Assembly (NCBI RefSeq): GCF_032444005.1 | Contig: NC_091283.1 | Coordinates: 498,852,001-498,916,000, forward strand | DNA: 64,000 nt | Direction of reading: 5' to 3' | Source: Ranitomeya imitator | Taxonomy: Eukaryota | In this document: positions 60,361 through 64,000 of the stretch, piece after piece | Numbering within the stretch: the first letter of the stretch is position 1 | Layout: every line of letters begins with the position of its first letter | Notes under the pieces: generated by a model | Told to the model about the DNA's origin: nothing | What the model saw: the letters and a program-made list of their open reading frames with translations, nothing else | Database searches by the model: none | Translations under genes and position numbers: made by a program

Positions 60361-62604
60361 TGAGTTCTCAGCAAAAATAATTGGTTTCATATCAAATTTA
60401 CCTTGGTGTGGATTTGAACTAAAAATGTCAGCTTTTGCTGTGGGGACAAGGCCTGATGTGGGTGACCATAATTGCTATAATGCTGCTAACAGAACTATTT
60501 TGCTATGTAAACCAATATCATGTTACTATAGTCGATGTTTAATTCTGTAGTGCAATGCTATCGCATATAGTGGTGTTTGGAAATAGAGAATCAATGTATA
60601 GCTGTTCCAATTATAATTTTGACTGATTATTTATATGCTAATGTTGTTGTCCTTGTCCCTAAAAGATGTATACATTTCATAGAGGAGGCCTAGTCATCTA
60701 CTGTAGGTCTCATGGAGGTAGGAGGCCTAGTTCATGCTTTATTTCCCAATGCCTTTGTCATTGGTGGTCCAGAACCTTTGCAGGAATCTACTTTCTCTTG
60801 TTATTGCTAACAATGGCCCAATGGACATTGAAAGGGAAATATACACCAGATGCTTTTGTCCTTGGTGGCAAAAATCAGAATACACAACAGAGGACCAGTT
60901 CGGATCCATGCAATATGGTTCTCTCTCCTAGATATTTCTAGGTTGCCCCACAATCACTTACTTGTGAAGCTAAATTCATAGGCAGAATTCTCCCATTGAT
61001 ATTAATACATTTACTGTATGGATCCAATTTGTATGTATAATTTTATTTTAAAACGACTTGGTATCTTATAGTATACATATTACATTTGTTTTATTGCCAA
61101 CACAGCATAAGACTCAGCATATTCCCATAATCCTCCTTCTGTGCTACAATATAAGGCAGGAGCCGATGTGTGCCAAGGTTTTGGCTGCTCCCATCCTGAT
61201 TCATAGCTTCAGGTGTGTCCACACTACAGGCCGCACCTCGCCTCTCCCCACCCTGAGAAATCTGATTAATCTCCACCTTTGTATTCAGCAGATTAGCAAC
61301 CCAAGCTTCACTAGGATAATTTACTTTGGAACCGGCTGCGCCCACAGAATGTGCCGGTTATGTATCATTTCTGGGGGTTAGCCAAAACTAGTAGAAAGCA
61401 GCTTTCATCTAGTATTACTCTATTTTATATTAAAGGCCATAACAAATAACAATAGCGGCAAGTTACGGACAAGACCTCACAACTCTATTGACTTTGGCCA
61501 GTACAGAAGTGTAGTCCTTAGTCCTCAGATCTGTTAAATCCAGTTTCATTTATTTATTTCTGTCAAGCCCTGAGTTTATGAGTTAGGATATCAAGACCTA
61601 TTGATTTGGTTTTAAATTGGAACATATAATAAATGAACGAAGAAATGAGTGCTGCACGTATGTTATACAATGGTTACGTATGTAGTATTATACATAAAAT
61701 GCCAAGCACATAAAGTATATTAATAACGTGACATCTAATTAACAATTAAAGGGAATAACCAAAGAATAAGTGAAAAAAAAGCAAAAGGGTTAACATGACC
61801 AATAGTATTATGGCTAAAGCTCTTTCACCTCTGTGAGCATGGCTGGCATCAGCACCAGAGATGGAGGCACACTTGGTTGATATAGACAAGCACTGTGACT
61901 CTTTTGAAAATGGACACTAATACACCTAATGCCAGTGTATGTTATAAACCTGAAGTTGGAAGTCAGGCAACAAGGTGAGCCCTATGTTTGAAATGTCAGG
62001 GAATAAGCCTCCAAACTTGGTCCTCACATACACCAGGGGAAAATTCTGTCAAGCTGCACATTTCGACAATACCAGCCTACTTTGTAATATGCATGTGAGT
62101 GTCCCAACTCTTCACACAAGATGGAAGATGAAAAAAAGTAAGGAAGAAGGATGGAAAAAGACAAGAACGATTGAGCATGTTGAATTTTAGTGTGCCCCAT
62201 TCTTTGTTACCACAGGAAACAGTTGCTGCCACAGGAGCCTAGTAACTGCTCATACTTCTCTCCCCAATTACATAAACATGCATGCTCAACTGAGTTGAAA
62301 GTGCATGTATATTAAGGAGTCAAGAGGAATAGAAAGTATCTAAGTTGTATAAGCACCTTGTAGGCATGGCCAATGGCCAAGAATGACAAGAAGATTTGTG
62401 CTAATTTGCCGTATTGCATTAGACATATAGAGAACCATTTCATTGACTATAATATTTCTAGGCCAGTCTCCATGTAGGGCTGAATCCAAAAGGCAAAATT
62501 GCTCTAAGAACATACACTGAAGCTACACAGAAATGAAACCTGTCTACTTTTAAGCCTCTGCTTTTTATAATTTCATACATAGGTCATATTATCAATAAGG
62601 AATA

Positions 62605-63630
62605 TGGAGCGCCCCCAGACACAGGGCCACGCGTTCTCGGTACCGGGCCTCTCTGGTTCGGTTCTGAGGCTGTCACGGTGGCTAGACCCGGTCCGCGACC
62701 CTGCTAAGGGGCGTCCAATAAAGGTGATGCAGTCTGTCAGGGGTTTGTGACGCCACCTGTGGTGTTCGGTCAGTGTGACCGACGCTGCTGTGGGGTCCGC
62801 TGGGGTGATGGAATGGCAGCTGGATGGTATACCTTCCCACAGGTAAAGTATGTCCCCAGGGCTTCCCAGTAAGGTGGATGGTGATGGTGTGAGGTGCAGG
62901 CAATAACGAGGACACAAGGTTGCAGTCTCTTTACCTCTTTACTGAAGACTTCAGGATCCTCAATCCAGAGCACGTTTAACAGGGCTATCAGAGACAGGCC
63001 GGCCTGATGGGCACTTCCAGAGTTTCCCTCGCAGATGGAAATCGTTGCTCACCACTAGCGCCTGTGTGTTGTAGTCCTACCCTGCTGAGCATTCGGAATA
63101 GTCCTCACAACTGCTGATCTCGTTCGTTCGTTCTCTACAGCTCTCTCTCTTTAGTTCCAGATGTTGCTAGTTTCTCGTCCCCCAGTATGTTTTGGCTAGG
63201 ACGCACCCGTATGACGGGAAGGCCTGGAGGTCTTCCGGGACCCTAGAGACGCCCCTCTCCCACTGTTGCCCCCTATGTCTTCTTAGGAAATTTAAGGTAG
63301 ACAGCCAACCTATAATTAACTGTCCTGCGGAGTTTGAAGTAAGGCCTAAAGTCAGTTACTCCCACAGTGTTCCGGCCACCGGCTACACGCCTCAGTAGGA
63401 TGTTGCCTCGGTCTCACGGCACGACTCCTACTGGTACTCCTTTTTGCTTGATCTTGTTTACACTGTTCCACAATATCCTTCTCTTGTCTCTTTCTTAGGA
63501 TACCGCCGCAAGGTAGTGCAGGTGCGGTTCCGTAACGTTCTGTTCTGTTCGCTAGGCACCTGCCAGGTTCCCACGCCTGACAGGGACCCCACTGTGCCTT
63601 CTCCCTGCAACACCCCCTGCCACGGGATGT
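62605..63630 (-). mobile_element. LTR of the 11433 family in reverse orientation, probably truncated
   Basis: Starts TGGAGCGCCCC (reverse complement of the LTR end). 62740-62960 is the reverse complement of 12300-12510. The other end was not found. Confidence 0.75.
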
Positions 63631-64000
63631 GGAGAGCGCTCACTGGCTGCCGTCTCTGTCCTCCAGCATGGCCCCCAGCCAGTGGTGTGTCGCTAATAGC
63701 ACACCCAGCAGAAATGGGGCCCCTGAGTCAAGGGGGCCAGCCCGGTGCCAGCGGAGCAGCAGCTGGAGACAGGAGCCTATCCCTGCTACTAAAGAGAAAT
63801 GAATAGTCACGCTTCCCCACCCACCATGGGCGTGGAGAGGAGTGAACATTCATTTCACTTTAATAGCGGGCAGTGTTAGTCGCACGCTGAGGCTAACACT
63901 GCCTGTATGTAAAGCTAATGTGGCTACATCGGGGCCCCAGAGGTGGGCCCCTGCAGGGCGGATAATCCTGAGAGCGGAGCTGCAGGGATTTGATGCCGTC

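Overview
Repeat-dense vertebrate DNA. The repeat repertoire looks like a large-genome frog, but this is an inference and the species cannot be fixed from the sequence. The only host gene I can support is a complete 9-exon type I (acidic) keratin on the + strand (CDS 18175-22641, 431 aa, with TATA box and AATAAA). It has an extra intron in coil 1A and a 35-nt tail microexon. The rest is transposon-derived. It includes a young full-length Ty3/Gypsy chromovirus (28438-34226) with a single nonsense stop, sitting inside a 52-bp minisatellite and showing a Tf1/sushi-type self-priming signature. Also present are solo LTRs, Tc1 remnants, L2/CR1 fragments, a non-autonomous Helitron and many MITEs (hAT, Harbinger, piggyBac, Kolobok/T2, pogo-like), several of which carry minisatellites. 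The most unusual structure is a 0.93-kb insertion with a target-site duplication that forms an 865-bp near-perfect palindrome folding back exactly at a minimal hammerhead-ribozyme motif (Penelope/retrozyme-like). Two further hammerhead-like motifs lie elsewhere in the window. All coordinates were counted by hand. Repeat family names rest on termini and TSD logic, not on database hits.
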